Positions 48,098 to 61,451 of a stretch of 64,000 bases of DNA are shown one piece after another. Source of the DNA: Lepidodermella squamata (lineage: Eukaryota > Animalia > Gastrotricha); NCBI GenBank assembly GCA_047495785.1, contig JBLDXI010000021.1, positions 1,364,001 to 1,428,000 of the forward strand, in the 5' to 3' direction. The notes under the pieces were generated by a model. It saw only the letters and a program-made list of their open reading frames with translations. It did no database searches and was not told the DNA's origin. Both the position numbers and the translations under genes were made by a program. The first letter of the stretch is position 1. Each line of letters starts with the position of its first letter.

Positions 48098-51000
48098 ATG
48101 AAAAACACCTTGACGCCGCGAATGGCGATTCCGATAATGGAATCCCTACCGTGGCTCGGTTTTGTGTTGCTGTTATTGATGTCTTCGGCGACAGCAGCAC
48201 CCATTGGCTCCACACAAAACAGCAAATCTATCGACCCTGTTGATCCTAAATACGCCGAGCTGGTTATGCAAGCGCAATGCCAAGCTCAATGCCTCGTTAA
48301 GGTAGCTTTGAAATTCTACAAAAAACTTACGTTAATCACGTTTTATTTAGACAGGGGAGCTTACTCGCTCGATCGACATTTTACTATTACCGATCTACAC
48401 TTGCACGAACGAGAAATGCCGGCAATGCTCAGCGCCATGCGACACTGACATCATCAACCTCGTTTCGCCTGCGACCTGCAAAGCTTCGAAATGCGTGAGT
48501 TTTCTGCTAAAATTGAGAAAATAGCGTCAAACCGTTTCTTCAACAGTCGCCGAGGGATAAATTGTGCCACGAAAGTTGCCAGCTGAGATTTCGATTGAAG
48601 CAGCAGCATGTGGAAAGCCAACAACTACCTGTTGCGGCAAATGCCCTAAATTTACAGGTTCAACCGCCGGAAATGCTGTGCGTTGACGATTCAGGCTCGC
48701 CAACGGCTGCGGCAAACTACGACTACGACGCTCAGTCTCTCAATGCGTTAATGGGAAAACCCAGTCGCCAACCGGCACATCACACCCAGAGAACAGGTCG
48801 TTCTCTCACCCTCCGCTGGTTGGCTCGATTCGACGACGGGGATCAAAATAATTCAACGTCGAAACTGTCAACCCAAGGTCAACCGCCGGCTGTTGTTTCT
48901 GTCGTCACGATGCGGCGGGTTAACAGCAAAAAGACGACAATAATAGGAAAGGCAAGCTATACAAAATATTTTGTTTGCAATTTTTAAACCTTTTTTGTCT
49001 AGAATGTTGGGCAGGTAATTACGCTGACCTATTTAAAGCCTGGGCAGTCGTACATTTTCGAAGTAACTTCGGTTACGGCCGACGGTATTCTGCTGCCTCC
49101 AGTATCTAGCCAACCAATCGAAATCCCAGCAAGTCCGTGGCAAGGCGACGAAAAAGTTTCTCTGTTCGCGCCAAACACTGGCAGAATCGTCACCAACTAC
49201 TTTCTTGGCACAGCTTCGAAGCCCAGTCTTGGTGTATACGTCGACTGGAAATCCGATCCGAAAATTCAAAGCTGCTACTACGAAGTTTTCGTGCTGAAGA
49301 ACGAGGTTGAAAACGCTGTCAATGATGGTTCGAACTCGCCACCGTCCAGCAGTTACCATCACGTGAGGGCCCGAACCAAAGAAATGCACAACGTCCTGCT
49401 TGTCGACGGCCTCGATTTCAACGCCAACTACACCGTTAGAGTTTTCACATCGGACCGTCTTTATCGATATCAGAGCGAGTCTTCTTTGGACCTTCATCTC
49501 GTTACGCCGTCGTGTCTAGAGGCAACGGGGCATAATTACACCCTATGCGGGCCTGAGCCGCCAGTAAACGCGACAGGCGAATTTTTCTGCTACCAAGAGC
49601 CTGTAATTGTCGCGAATTCAACTTCGAATTCAACAGCTGGCAACTCGACTGAAATCGCTGAAGTTCGATCGCGGCTTTCTCTTCTCGTCAACTGGACGAT
49701 GTTTCTCGAGGGTCAAGCCGAACCTAGCTCGGATTTCGGCTTCGAAATCAACGTTGCGAATGACCCGATTCCTGAATTAATTGGCGCGGTTGAAATGCCG
49801 AGCGACTGGAAAACGTTCACGGTTCAAAACACGTCCTCGTTGATAATAGACTATGTTTTGCCGAACCAGCTGTACTTCGTCGAAATTCGGACATTACTGG
49901 CGGGCAAACGCAGTCGCGCTTTGATTCTACGCCTCACATCTCCCGGTTCCAAGTCGTCGCTGTGCTCAACTAGCGAATCTATGGGCCAATCTAGCGACTA
50001 CGTCGATGCAGCTGTTTCGACTATTGGAGAATGGGCCTTGGGACGGGGAATCCAGAAGCCGATTCAGCGATCCAATGTCGCCAGAGAGTTGACGATATCG
50101 TTCACGGTGCTTCTTGTTTTCGCCATTGTCTTCATCGGTCTAGCTTCCTATTGGCTCAGACGAGCTCGCCTTGTGAAACAGGCCAAACACATAGTCGAGG
50201 TATGTTTAGTATAGCTGTCACCTGTATTCAGGAAATTAATTTTATTTTAATTAGCAGACTGTGCCGATGAAATGCTCTGCCCTCTACGAGATGACCGCGG
50301 CTGTCAATCAAAAGTTCGATCGTTTCGAAGTAACGTGGACCGAACTGACTCTACTGCCTCACGTCTTGGGTGAAGGCGCATTCGGTAAAGTGATTCATGG
50401 CCAGTTATTGGCACCCGAACTGACAAACTCCGATGGCGCCGTTGACGTAGCCGTTAAAATGTTGCGAGACAACGCCACCGACGAGGAACGAGTCAATTTA
50501 CTAGCAGAAATCGAAACGATGAAACGTGTTCGGCAGGTTTGCGGTGAACATCCCAATGTTGTCTCTCTCGTCGCCTGCGTTACCCGAAACGGCTTGTGCA
50601 CCCAACCGGCTTTAGTCATGGACCTATGCCCGTTCGGCTCGCTGCGTGACTATCTGCGCCAACTTCGCGGGAAAGGCCCTCGAGAAATCGCGAGTCTTTG
50701 CGGTGGGAAGGCGAATGCTTTGTTCAAAATGCCGCACAATTACCCAGCCATGCGTGTCACCGCAACTGCGCAATCAATCGATACCGCTCAGACTATTGAT
50801 GGCATCTCGCAGGCTGAACGAATGTTGCTGCTGACCTTGGAGAAGCAAGGCATCGGACCACAGATTCATAGACCAAAGTCTGGTTCTTGCTCGACAACAT
50901 GCACAATGGACGTTGGACCTGATCAAAATCCGCCGCTTTTCATGCTTCTGTTGTCCTTTGCTCGTCAAATCGCTGCTGGTATGGAACACCTTGCCATTCA

Positions 51001-51799
51001 CAAATTCGTCCACCGTGACCTGGCGACGCGAAACGTTCTAGTCTACGATTTCGATCAAGTCAAAATAAGCGATTTCGGGTTGTCGCGTGACATCTATGAA
51101 GATCAGAAGTACCAGAAAAGCACGGCAGGTCGGTTGCCAATCAAATGGATGGCGCCTGAGGCGATTATCGATCAAACCTACACGACAGCGAGCGATGTTT
51201 GGTCTTATGGAATTGTTCTATGGGAATTGGTCACCCTAGGTGCGACGCCTTATTGCCTTGTCCTGAATCAAGACTTGCCGAGACTGTTACGAGGTGGCCA
51301 TCGCCTTGAACGGCCTGATAACTGCCCGGATGATTTGTACGCCCTAATGTCGGCTTGTTGGGCCATGCAGCCTGATTCTCGGCCTAGCTTCACCACCCTC
51401 CTCGAACAGGTCGAATCGCTGCAGTCGAAGGCCGAGCGAAACCTGGCTACAAGTGTCTACGAACTCGAAGATTACGTGACGATGAAAACGCGACTTGCAA
51501 GCATCGGCAGTGGTCGGTTGGCCAGCGATGATACGATGCGGCCGCCTACCCTGCGCGGTTTAGACAAGTCTAAGCGATACTTTTTCGCCGATGACGAAGA
51601 CTCGACTACGCCGAAAGATGCGGAAAAGACCGCACCTCGGCACGTGACCTCGTTGACTGCGCGTGCTCCTAGCAACGCCTACACGCGCCTCGTGGCCCCG
51701 AACGGCGAGGTCAGCGATTCTGACGATGCGGATGATTCGGCTTTCACCGTTCCGGCAAGTGACGATTCGTGCCTCGTGAAATCACCAGCCATGGTTTAA
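48098..51799 (+). CDS. Receptor tyrosine kinase with Cys-rich N-terminus, FN3-like ectodomain and split kinase (Torso/RET-like)
   Basis: Signal peptide, AQCQAQCL and CHESC motifs, TM segment near 50095-50155, then LGEGAFGKV, VAVKML, HRDLATRN, DFGLSRDIY, GRLPIKWMAPE, with a long kinase insert. Confidence 0.85.
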
Positions 51800-53272
51800 A
51801 TTCAACCGCTTTTTTCTCATGATCTATATTTTGTTGCTCAATTTTTTTCCTTCATTGACCTAAAGAAGTTTTTGTTTATGTCTTCGTTTATATAGCCTAA
51901 GAAATCTCGACGTTTGAAATTTAAAAGTATAAATTATTGCGCTTTCGAATATAGTTATAAAAAAGAAAACTATCAAAATCTGAAGTGCTAATCGAATTAT
52001 TTCTAACTTTTACGTTATTATGACTTTGTTGCATTTTTCTGACCTGAATGGCAATCAATTACTTAACTGTTGTTGTTGGTCTTCTTTTTTTCTTTGTTGG
52101 GCCGATCTATTTCCGAATAAAGTTGAAGATCTTGTATGCAATTTCCGATGGCTTTTCGATTTTGTTTTGGGCTTACGATTACGCAAGTTACGTGTTCTAA
52201 TGAATGGATGAAGACATATTCATTATTTACATGCTGTTTTGAAACAGCTTACTGTCTTTGCTGACAAACTGACAGCAAGATGGAGGCTATAATGTGTTTT
52301 GCATGATTTAAATTGAGGTTCCAGCACCATTTCCAGGCTATTCTACGCCATAAAAAGTAGGGTAATTTTTTCGTTTTTGAGCATGAATCCAGATAAACTT
52401 TGAAAATCGGTGAATTAAGATGCTCACTGGGCCCTAATTGAGGGGATTTCACAAGGTAAAAACCCGATTTTTATCACCCCAATTTTTTTCTGGTGTAACA
52501 TTAAATCGTCCCGAATTTTCGTGATTTCGACTTGGTCGCCCATTGAAAACTCTGGGTTTTTTATACACATCTGCTACCCTCAGGAAGATCGTTGAAAATA
52601 TCAGTTGAAAATCAGTCAATGTGAATTTTTATTGAGAACAAGTTATCTCTCATTTTTTGTATAACAAAGGCAAAGATAATACCCGTTATGCTGAATTCGA
52701 AAAGAAAGAAAACTCACACACCACACGATTATCGATCGCAGCGCATCATCAGCAGCAGCAATATAATTTCATTATATTTACAGCCATTTCGTATACAATA
52801 TAATAAGATCTCTCGTGATGTCGACGTATAGTTATAAAAAGCCGCGATTTTTTTCGAAATCATTTTACAAACATTTCCAACATTTTCAACGAACAAAAGC
52901 GGAAAGGAAATGTGCGCGAAAATCGAATATTTTCGGTAGAAAAAATTCATCTTAGGGCGATTTGAGCAGAGCAGAGAAGTTCGTGCTGCAATATTATTTA
53001 AATTTCCTTTCTAATATTTCCACAACATAGCACAACTTAACACCAGAGCCGAGTGATTAGAGAGCAATAAAGAGGCGAGAGAAGAGACACCGCGAACAGT
53101 CATGAAAAATTATCGTTTTTTTACCTCATAAATCGCCTCTATTTACGACTAGAGCTTGATGGCCATGTTGAAAAGCCACAAATATCAACATATTTATATC
53201 GACAGATATTTACAATATTTTTTGAGCTTTTTTATGATATAATTCTATCGACTGAATACTGAGCGACTCAAA

Positions 53273-54502
53273 CTACAGTGAGACGAGAATGATAGACGAA
53301 AAAATCAGGAGTGCAACGTTGAATTGTGAAACAGTTGAGGAGGATGAAAGTTGGGACGAGCGTTGAATGACAACTTTCGCGCTCTCGCTTTCGAGGTCTT
53401 TCTTCGAGCTGAACAGACCGTTGACGCCAGTTCGCATTTTGACAGCGCCCGCCGCGTCCTCGCCGAAAATTTTCTCGCTCATGCCAGCAGTGGCGTCGAC
53501 TGGTTGCCACGCTTGAGTATCATCGGCGCTGACTGAGTTCTCGGCGGAAACCATCGACGGGTCCTCTTCCCACTCGTCAAATGGGCGACGTTGGTAACCA
53601 GCTGGTTGCGTAACACCCTGAGTTGTTGACTGTTCGACAGGCGCGGCAATGTCGGTCATAACTAAACAATAAAAATGTGCAATAATTAATTTCGAACTAG
53701 TTAACGGCGAACTTCAAAAAATTGTTAACCCTAATGAAAAAATTATCAAATGATAGATAAATTTTCTCACCTGCAACGGGGTGCTTGAGGGTGAGGTAAA
53801 TTGTGCTAGGAGTCGATGGCAATACGGGCGTGTTAGTCACCGAGCCAGCCGCTTGAACTGCCGATAATTCCTCGAAATTCGTGGCTGTCTTGGAGTAATC
53901 CGAAATGGTTTCATCTACGGTTTCCTCCTCCTCACCCTCCCAACCAAGGTTGTGGCGGTAGGACGGTAATGTCGGCTTCGAGACCAGGAAAGTAGTAGTA
54001 ACCTGAGCGGCAGCGGTCTTCGTTGTCGTTGTCGAAGCCGTTGTAGTCGATGGCGCCGATGTTGTGCTCGACGTTGATTGACTCTCGCTGTTCGGCGTCG
54101 AGCAGCGAGGTACTTGGCAGAACTGGACGTTGCCTAGTAAATTAACAAAGCACCAAACGCCGCGGCTGTCATTGTTCGGGTTTCGACAGAAATTTTTCGC
54201 GTTGCTTGCATTCCGGTCGGGCAGCGCCAGAAACGTGATGCGGATGTAGTCGCGAAACGCGCCTTGAACTTCGTCCCACCGAACGCACGCCCGTCCGCCC
54301 GAAGTCATGTTCTGCTCACCGAGGTATTCACTTCCGGTTTCACTCCGCAGACAACCAACACCAGCTATGAATAAAAAAAAACCGGCGATTATTTCGAAAT
54401 AATTTGAGGAATTCTCAATTAATTACCTAGGGCGTAAAGTTGCTTCACCGAAACGACACAGGCGAAAATTAGCCTGAAAATGAGGTTGATCTGGCGACGC
54501 AT
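53273..54502 (-). CDS. Kringle-domain cell-surface protein with a Thr/Ser-rich stalk and hydrophobic (GPI-like) tail, three exons
   Basis: Signal exon MRRQINLIFRLIFACVVS, kringle NFCRNPNNDSRGVWCF, C-terminal FNVALLIFSSIILVSL. Confidence 0.8.
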
Positions 54503-55749
54503 TTGATCGAAAGTTCGAATATGCTCGAGGCGAAATCGAGGCGATATAGATAGATCGATAAATAATAGTAAAAGCGGTCTAAATGTGTGAAAATCAACAA
54601 TGCGGGTTTTACAAGCGCAATAATTAGTTGTTCGGGGTAATTATTATTACAAGGCGCCGGCGCTATTGTCGGCGCGCGTGAGATGAGCATGGGCGCTGAT
54701 TATTGCGATGATTTATCAGCAGGTTGAACACGGCGAAGACAAAGGCTTAGCAAAACAAACCCGAAGCCGGGAGATTTGTTGTTATTTTATCATGGGCACC
54801 TTGCGGCTAATTCGTTTAGCATCACCACGCGAGCTATAATACCTACACGGAGGCAGGTGAAGACTATGGAAGACGATGATGATGGAGCGTATAACAATAA
54901 TAGTGATAATAGTAGTAATAATATCGAGGCAAATCGGCAGCAGATGATTTTGCAAAGTGGAGGAGCTGTACGCCCGAAACAACGACTTGCCGGTAAATGG
55001 TGTGGCGTTAGAGCGCGAAAGCAGCCAGACTGTGGTCGAAAGCGCGCGCGCGCGTCTGGCCGCGGATCGGAAGCGAGTCGGGTTGGTGATAATTTGGCGG
55101 GAGCGCGCGCACGCTGCGGTTTGACCCTAGCTATAAGCGCGTAATTCAAACCACAATTTAGCTCTCGCGCGTCTCCACCCGCCAGGCTGCATTGCGCAAC
55201 CCTGCGCCGCGCGAGTTATGATCGGCGCCTAATAGCTAATTCCGCGACCTTCAATCATCACGGCCGCACCCGTTCCGCGTACAATAAAAGTCGGTATAAC
55301 GGGATTTTCGACTACAGCTAAGCCTCGCTAACGATTTAGCGCTCGCGTAATAAGGTTCGAAAACATGACGAATAACACGACTCGGGCTTGTAGAGTTTAA
55401 ATATATCGACAGGCTGCCATCACGCCCGGCGGCAGGCGCCCGCACTTGATGTGGCTAAGCCGATGACAATCCGGCGCAAATTGGCGCGCTAGTCATTAGC
55501 GAGCGGAAATCGCCACTCGACCGCAACTGAGACTGGCAATCGACTCTAGGGCAACGTGACGCCTGGCCTCTTGTTTCCGGGCTGGCACATTTTCGCACCA
55601 TTCGCCGTGCGCACTTTATCACACCCTCTGAATTCCGAAAGATAAACACATCGCGCACCCTCCGATCGATGTTTATCTCAAAGCGGGCGGATCGCAGGGG
55701 TGGCAAACAACCACGTTACGATCCAACGCGCTCACCGCAGCAGGCTGTA

Positions 55750-56260
55750 TGTTGACACCTGACAAAAGGCAACCAAGTTGACTGAATAGTTCAATTTTAT
55801 TCAAATTCCGTGAGTAAACGATATGCGACATGATAGTCGATCTTTAGCACACATTTTGAAGAATAACGATGTGGTGCCGCTTCTGCGGCGTGACAGGTGC
55901 AAATAACAACAGTTGCAGGAGGGTGTCTTGAACGATATTGAATTGTGCCGTTGAACGAGTTGCTGTCGATGAACGTGTTGATGTTGAACGGGTGCTGCCG
56001 AACGGGAACGTGGGCTGAACTACCGTGAAATGGTGATTTCAGTGTTGAGTAGTGCGATGAACGTGAGCTGGTGCCAGCTTGGTGTTATCTGTAAAAGAAT
56101 CGAACGTAAACCTTGTAACCAAGAAAAAAATGATCAATTTACCTTATCGGTGACTAGACTAGGGTGACATCGGGTGACTGAGACCCGTCTACCCGATATG
56201 AGCTAAGACGATATCGAGAAGACTGGTGGTTTTTCTCCGCCAATCGATAGGTTTTATAGC
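55750..56260 (-). other. Spliced, apparently non-coding transcription unit or solo LTR
   Basis: Minus strand has TATAAAA (about 56255), a GT-AG intron (56142-56089), AATAAA (about 55800) and a GT-rich tail ending AACA. No ATG ORF of 60 aa or more. Confidence 0.4.
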
Positions 56261-58098
56261 CCGGTCGACGAGCTACGCAACGCGGCTAATCGCCTTCTGC
56301 CGGGATTTTCATCAGGCTTAACACTTGTCTCCCAGCGATATCCGCCTTGTTATCCGACAGGCGCGCGTAACTAAGTCGACACGCCTTATCCTTATTGCAG
56401 CTGCACTGTCCCAAGGTGCGCAATAATCCTGGATTAGCTCACAGGTGGCGATGAATTTAATTGCAATAGAATTTCCCACAATCACTAGATACTTGTAAAT
56501 TGTTCTGGTTTATTGCTTTAATGTGACAGCTTGTTGAATAAATCATTGGAATTTAGGTAATCCCACGCAAAATCACTCGCGTCAACTTGAACGACGGTAG
56601 GCTGCTTCATATTAATTAAAACGGAAATAATATTGGGAAAGACAATGACGGAATCGAGTAAAATAGATGTGACACAAATAGGTACCCCGCGAGGAATAGA
56701 ATGAAAACAAGGTTTATTACTGTCGTTTACTTTGAAGATTTCGACGGCAGCGGCGGTTCTCGAGCTATTGGGTTCTTCGTCTTCAATCATGATGAGTTCA
56801 TTTCCGAACGTTTGCTCATAACAAACGGGCACAAGAGAAATCGCCGAAAAGCATCACAGTGATCAACAATCAAAGCAAAATGAATATACTCAAGAGGTTG
56901 ATCAAAATGTAAGAAAAACTTATTTCATCAGACGAATGTCTTCTTTTATGTGAAATATGTCTATATTCATCAACAACAAACAAAAACAAAAAACTCGCAT
57001 GACCGAAATTGACTCAGGCTAAATTCTATTTTTTTCCCAATCTTTGATCTTTGCCCGATCGCTAAGCTGAGGAGCTTGAACAAGCCGTTCGTTTGATTTG
57101 ATTCGCAGCTCTAACCGACTCAAAAATATGGCAATTTCCAGCATGTACTAGCAGAAATCGGTACGTCGAAATGACGTCCAGTGGCGTAAAAAAGGATCCG
57201 AACTACTCAAAGACCTGACTTAGAACGTTCTTTTTAGAGCTCAAGGATATCCTCAACCAAACGGCCTTTTGCCGAATCAATGTTGACTTCGGGATTACCA
57301 CTTATTGATTACCACATATTGGCCACTGAGCCCAACAATTATACATTAACTTTGTATAACTTTGTTCCAAGTACAGCTTACTGTCGGATCCCAGACGGAA
57401 ATTCGTGTGGCCAAGAGGGCGTTAGGACCAAATCCTCGGCCAAAAATTTGGACAACATTTTGTTGTCGTAATATTGGTCCATATTTTTCATTTTTTTTTG
57501 CCGTGAACGTTAGGCCGTAAATTTTGTTGGCGATTTTCAGCCATAATGCGTTTTATTTAACATTGAACTAATTTTTGCCATTACATTTCTGATTTTTCTG
57601 TTTGAAGTTCACATCCGAAACATTAGGCGAGTCAGTTAGGCCGAAGAAATTTCGCCGTTATTGTGTGGTCGACGATTCTGGCAAAACTAACGTTGCCACC
57701 GTTAGTCGTAATTTTCATTAAAATTGCTCGTTAAAACGGGATCCCGTCGTTTTTACACACAGATTGGGCTATTATCTTTTAAACTAAATAATTCTCTCTG
57801 TAATGAAGCTGGTAAAAAAGACCTGCTCTGTTGAGTTAATTATCGCCCCAAAGGAAGATCAGCGGAACTTTTAAACACGTACGGCTGCCATTCAACAGGG
57901 TTATAAAAACATTAATAAATTCCACGTTTCAAATTCTTTATTTACCAATTTACCTGTAATATTTAAATAATATTGTAGTAGCTTGGCAAACTATCGTAAC
58001 CACGATTATAAAGCGCGCAGATGATCAATGGATTAGTGGAAGAGGCACGTGGAAGAGGCATTTATTATCAGGCATTGTTTCCAGCATTAAGCCGATTT

Positions 58099-60375
58099 TT
58101 AGAATGAAATCTCGATGGAGTTCGGATATGCAGCAATGTACTGCGTCTTATCGACGCTAAAGAGAACACATGGTAACACAGATGAACGTATTGCGCTGAG
58201 TTTGAATTCATCATATTGCGAAGAGTTTGTTTCATAATTGCCCTTTCGAATTGAAGCACATTTGATGTGGCGACGATCTTCGCGACGTCTGTTGAGAACC
58301 ACAGACCGCGTACGAAAAGTAACATCTCCATTTGCAAATTTGAAAGATGAAATTCGATAGTAACGCGAGTTGATGCAAACGATATCACCAGATAACAAGG
58401 TAACATCCCTACCCTTCTCTTGAAGAGGAGTGCGTAGTTTGTCATAAGAGGATCCTTCTGGGGTTATTTTGTCCATCAAAACCCCGCCGCCAAAAGAGTC
58501 GGAGAAACTGATCGCGCCATTAGTTCCGCAATCAACAAATCGCTTCACAATCGCAGAAAAAGAATGGTTTTTTGTGATAAAATTTCGCAATAAATCACGT
58601 TGGGCATTGACACGAGCGGTACAGCGACCGTCTTTGACAATTACAGATTGCAATTGATCAAGAATGAGAAAGCGGTCAGCCAGCTGATCACAGACTCCAT
58701 TAGGGCTTTGTAGTTGCCTAACAGCATGACCCAGAAACGACTCGAACTCGAATGCAGAGTAAAGATGAAGAGGTCCGTATTTGTTAACGAAATATGGAAG
58801 GTGTGATACGAGATGAACGTTAAGATCCATAAAGTGAATGCCGTACAGAGCCTCGCTTTCCCTCATCCAATCGTTAACATCTCTTTCCAGTACCGCAATA
58901 TCAGGTTTCAAGGACAGTGCGACGTGAATAATGCTACTGAGCAGTCGAAAGTGCCGTATCTTCCGGTCGTCATCCATTAGAAACTCCATCACAATAGGCC
59001 CGTAATACAAGAGAAAAGCGCGATACTCGCTGGCTTTTAAATCGCTATATTTCGAAATAGGGAATTGAAAACGATTACAATCCGCGGGCAGCTTGATAAC
59101 ATTGACCAGATTGTCGATGGTTCTCCAACGAGGAATCGCCGTTTTGCCCTTGAACCATATCTTCATTAAAGTTTTAACGACGCCCAAGCATACGAAGTGC
59201 ATGTAGTCGGGTGGGAAAGATAAAATGAGGTCAAAATAAGGAATCCGAAAAATTATAGTAAAACCCTTGGAACCGCAAAATTTGCGGTTTTTCGGATTCG
59301 AAATTTGATCCGCTTTCGCTCCTTGAGCCCGAAATTGCGCATCAGTTCGCATTTCGTAATGGCCACAAGGATAGACAATTTTGCGCTTCGGGCGCTTTAT
59401 GTGAACTCCGGGAATATTACAATAAGGGCACGCAAAGTAGCCACCATGGTGTATTGCGTTTCGAACGTCGGCTTTTGCGGGAGTATCGGTGATTGCGAAG
59501 ACACAAAACAATCGAACAACCTGACGACCAATTTTCACCCCAGTTGAACAAAGAGTGATGAGCTCGTCGACAAAAAATTTCAGAACGACAGATGGGTTCG
59601 GAGTTGATTTTACCGCACACCATGCAGTACTTAGTATTCGGTATTTCACGCCTTCGAACTGGACAACTAGGAGCCAGACTGAAGAGGCGTAGGGTGAAAC
59701 TCCGTCAAAAAACCACCTGAAAGGCAAGGTGATGTTGGTATCAACAACCGAGTGATTGACCAGCTGAAGTCGCTGAATAATTCGTGGGAGCCGGGGTGTC
59801 AAAGGTGAAAACACTCCAGCCCCACCATGCTGACATTTCTTACATTTCGATACCGATTTCATCAGTTGAGTATCTGTTGTCACAGTTGCTCCATTGCAAT
59901 TGCAGCCGGCGAATTTGATCAGCTTATCCCTGTCGAAAATTGTTGTTTTGAATAAATATTTAGAACCGCATAACTTTTCGAATAGCTTCTTTGGCAATCC
60001 GAGGTCGATCATACGTGTCCAATCAATCACGGCTTCCCAGCTCATTTTGTGGCGAACCATCATAGCCAAAACCAGCAGCACCGCAGTCACAAAGTAGACA
60101 GGAGTTTCCGGACTCAATGGAACATCCCACTTTAAAACATCACTGTAAGCCACAAAGTCTGAAAAATTATCAATCAAGTCAGCCGTGTAAGAGGTCTGAG
60201 GCCATTGAACTGAATCGCCAGAATCGACCCCTTCTGTGTAGCTTATGAAAAAGTCGTCGTCAACAACTTGAATAACTGGCTCAACATTCACGTTAGGCGG
60301 GTTTATGGCGGATTTTCGGTACTTTTTCAAGGTGTTGTAGGAGATTCGATCCGAGAACGTAACTTTTTTCGGCAT
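58099..60375 (-). CDS. CMC/EnSpm-type DDE transposase, intronless, 758 aa
   Basis: FFDG, ITDTPAKA, GGYFACPYC, DYMHFVCLG, KASEYRAFLLY, NVHLVSHL...GPL...SAFEFES. Confidence 0.92.
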   Translation of the reverse strand: MPKKVTFSDRISYNTLKKYRKSAINPPNVNVEPVIQVVDDDFFISYTEGVDSGDSVQWPQTSYTADLIDNFSDFVAYSDVLKWDVPLSPETPVYFVTAVLLVLAMMVRHKMSWEAVIDWTRMIDLGLPKKLFEKLCGSKYLFKTTIFDRDKLIKFAGCNCNGATVTTDTQLMKSVSKCKKCQHGGAGVFSPLTPRLPRIIQRLQLVNHSVVDTNITLPFRWFFDGVSPYASSVWLLVVQFEGVKYRILSTAWCAVKSTPNPSVVLKFFVDELITLCSTGVKIGRQVVRLFCVFAITDTPAKADVRNAIHHGGYFACPYCNIPGVHIKRPKRKIVYPCGHYEMRTDAQFRAQGAKADQISNPKNRKFCGSKGFTIIFRIPYFDLILSFPPDYMHFVCLGVVKTLMKIWFKGKTAIPRWRTIDNLVNVIKLPADCNRFQFPISKYSDLKASEYRAFLLYYGPIVMEFLMDDDRKIRHFRLLSSIIHVALSLKPDIAVLERDVNDWMRESEALYGIHFMDLNVHLVSHLPYFVNKYGPLHLYSAFEFESFLGHAVRQLQSPNGVCDQLADRFLILDQLQSVIVKDGRCTARVNAQRDLLRNFITKNHSFSAIVKRFVDCGTNGAISFSDSFGGGVLMDKITPEGSSYDKLRTPLQEKGRDVTLLSGDIVCINSRYYRISSFKFANGDVTFRTRSVVLNRRREDRRHIKCASIRKGNYETNSSQYDEFKLSAIRSSVLPCVLFSVDKTQYIAAYPNSIEISF

Positions 60376-61451
60376 GGAATTTTTTGATTTAAGCGAATAA
60401 TCGCTAAGTGTAATTCCAGTAATAAACCAACTACGTAAAAAATGCTGAAATAGTTAATCAAAGCATAAGTAACCTAAAGCCGTCAACTATTACTTTAGAA
60501 GATAAAATACTCGAAAGGCGCACTTACGGTATAAATTAAACGAGGGATTTTGAGAAATTTGAGGCTCGTCGATAAAAGAATGCTTAGAATTCTTCAATTT
60601 CTTGAAACCCCTCATTAATTGATGCGCAATCCATTCAATGAACTTCGCCCGCTACAGCTTTTTTTGGTCACCCAGTAGATGGCACTGCTTCATGGCCAAG
60701 CAGCGCCATTCATAAGAATTTACGCTGGCCCAACGGCTAATCGTATAGTATAGGCAGATTGAACGAAAATCGAGTCATCATGTTATATATTAATTTACAA
60801 GTAAAATTGATTAATGTGGGCTAAATTGTATCATTTTAGAATAAATGAGTTACATAATCGAAAAATCATTATATCCACTCAAGGGACACCTTTTAGAGGT
60901 TAGTGCATAAAATATACCGGGATAATGTTTACGTATATGAACCAGAAAAATTGAGAGAGAAACTAAATTTTAGGGTCCCAAAATTAACTTCAGAAAAAAA
61001 TCAGAAAAATCAGAAAAATCAGAAAAATCATTTTTTATTTCTATTTTTTTTAAATACGATAAGTGTGGATTCTTGGCTATAATTGCCAGCATGTACTCCC
61101 ATACAATTCGTGCAATTCAATATAATACAATGGTAGATGATAGTAAAACCAGGTGTTTGCATTAAAAAATGTTATTGTTAATTACTAGGGAAGGGAAAAG
61201 TCAAAGACGAACTTTCAAAAAGCCATTTTCTCCCGAAAAATTTCTCAAGCAACATTAATTTGTTGCGTAACTGAAATGAAGACAGCGCACAACAACAATT
61301 GAAAAAGAAATTTTTTTTCTCATTTGACATAATTTTTCTAGCTCGGATGGTAGTGTATTTAAGAACATTTACCACCTATAACTTTGCTGTGTTTATTCTC
61401 AATTGCATTTACCTGCTGGATCATAATCTTATACGATTTAATAATTAATAG

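Noticed and set aside
54550-55710. ORFs 54776-55149 and 55251-55706
   Set aside because: Low-complexity overlapping ORFs in CpG-rich DNA upstream of the kringle gene; more likely regulatory sequence.
56089-56230. Spliced-leader RNA gene
   Set aside because: The donor is paired with a nearby cis acceptor, and no convincing Sm site or known SL sequence is visible.
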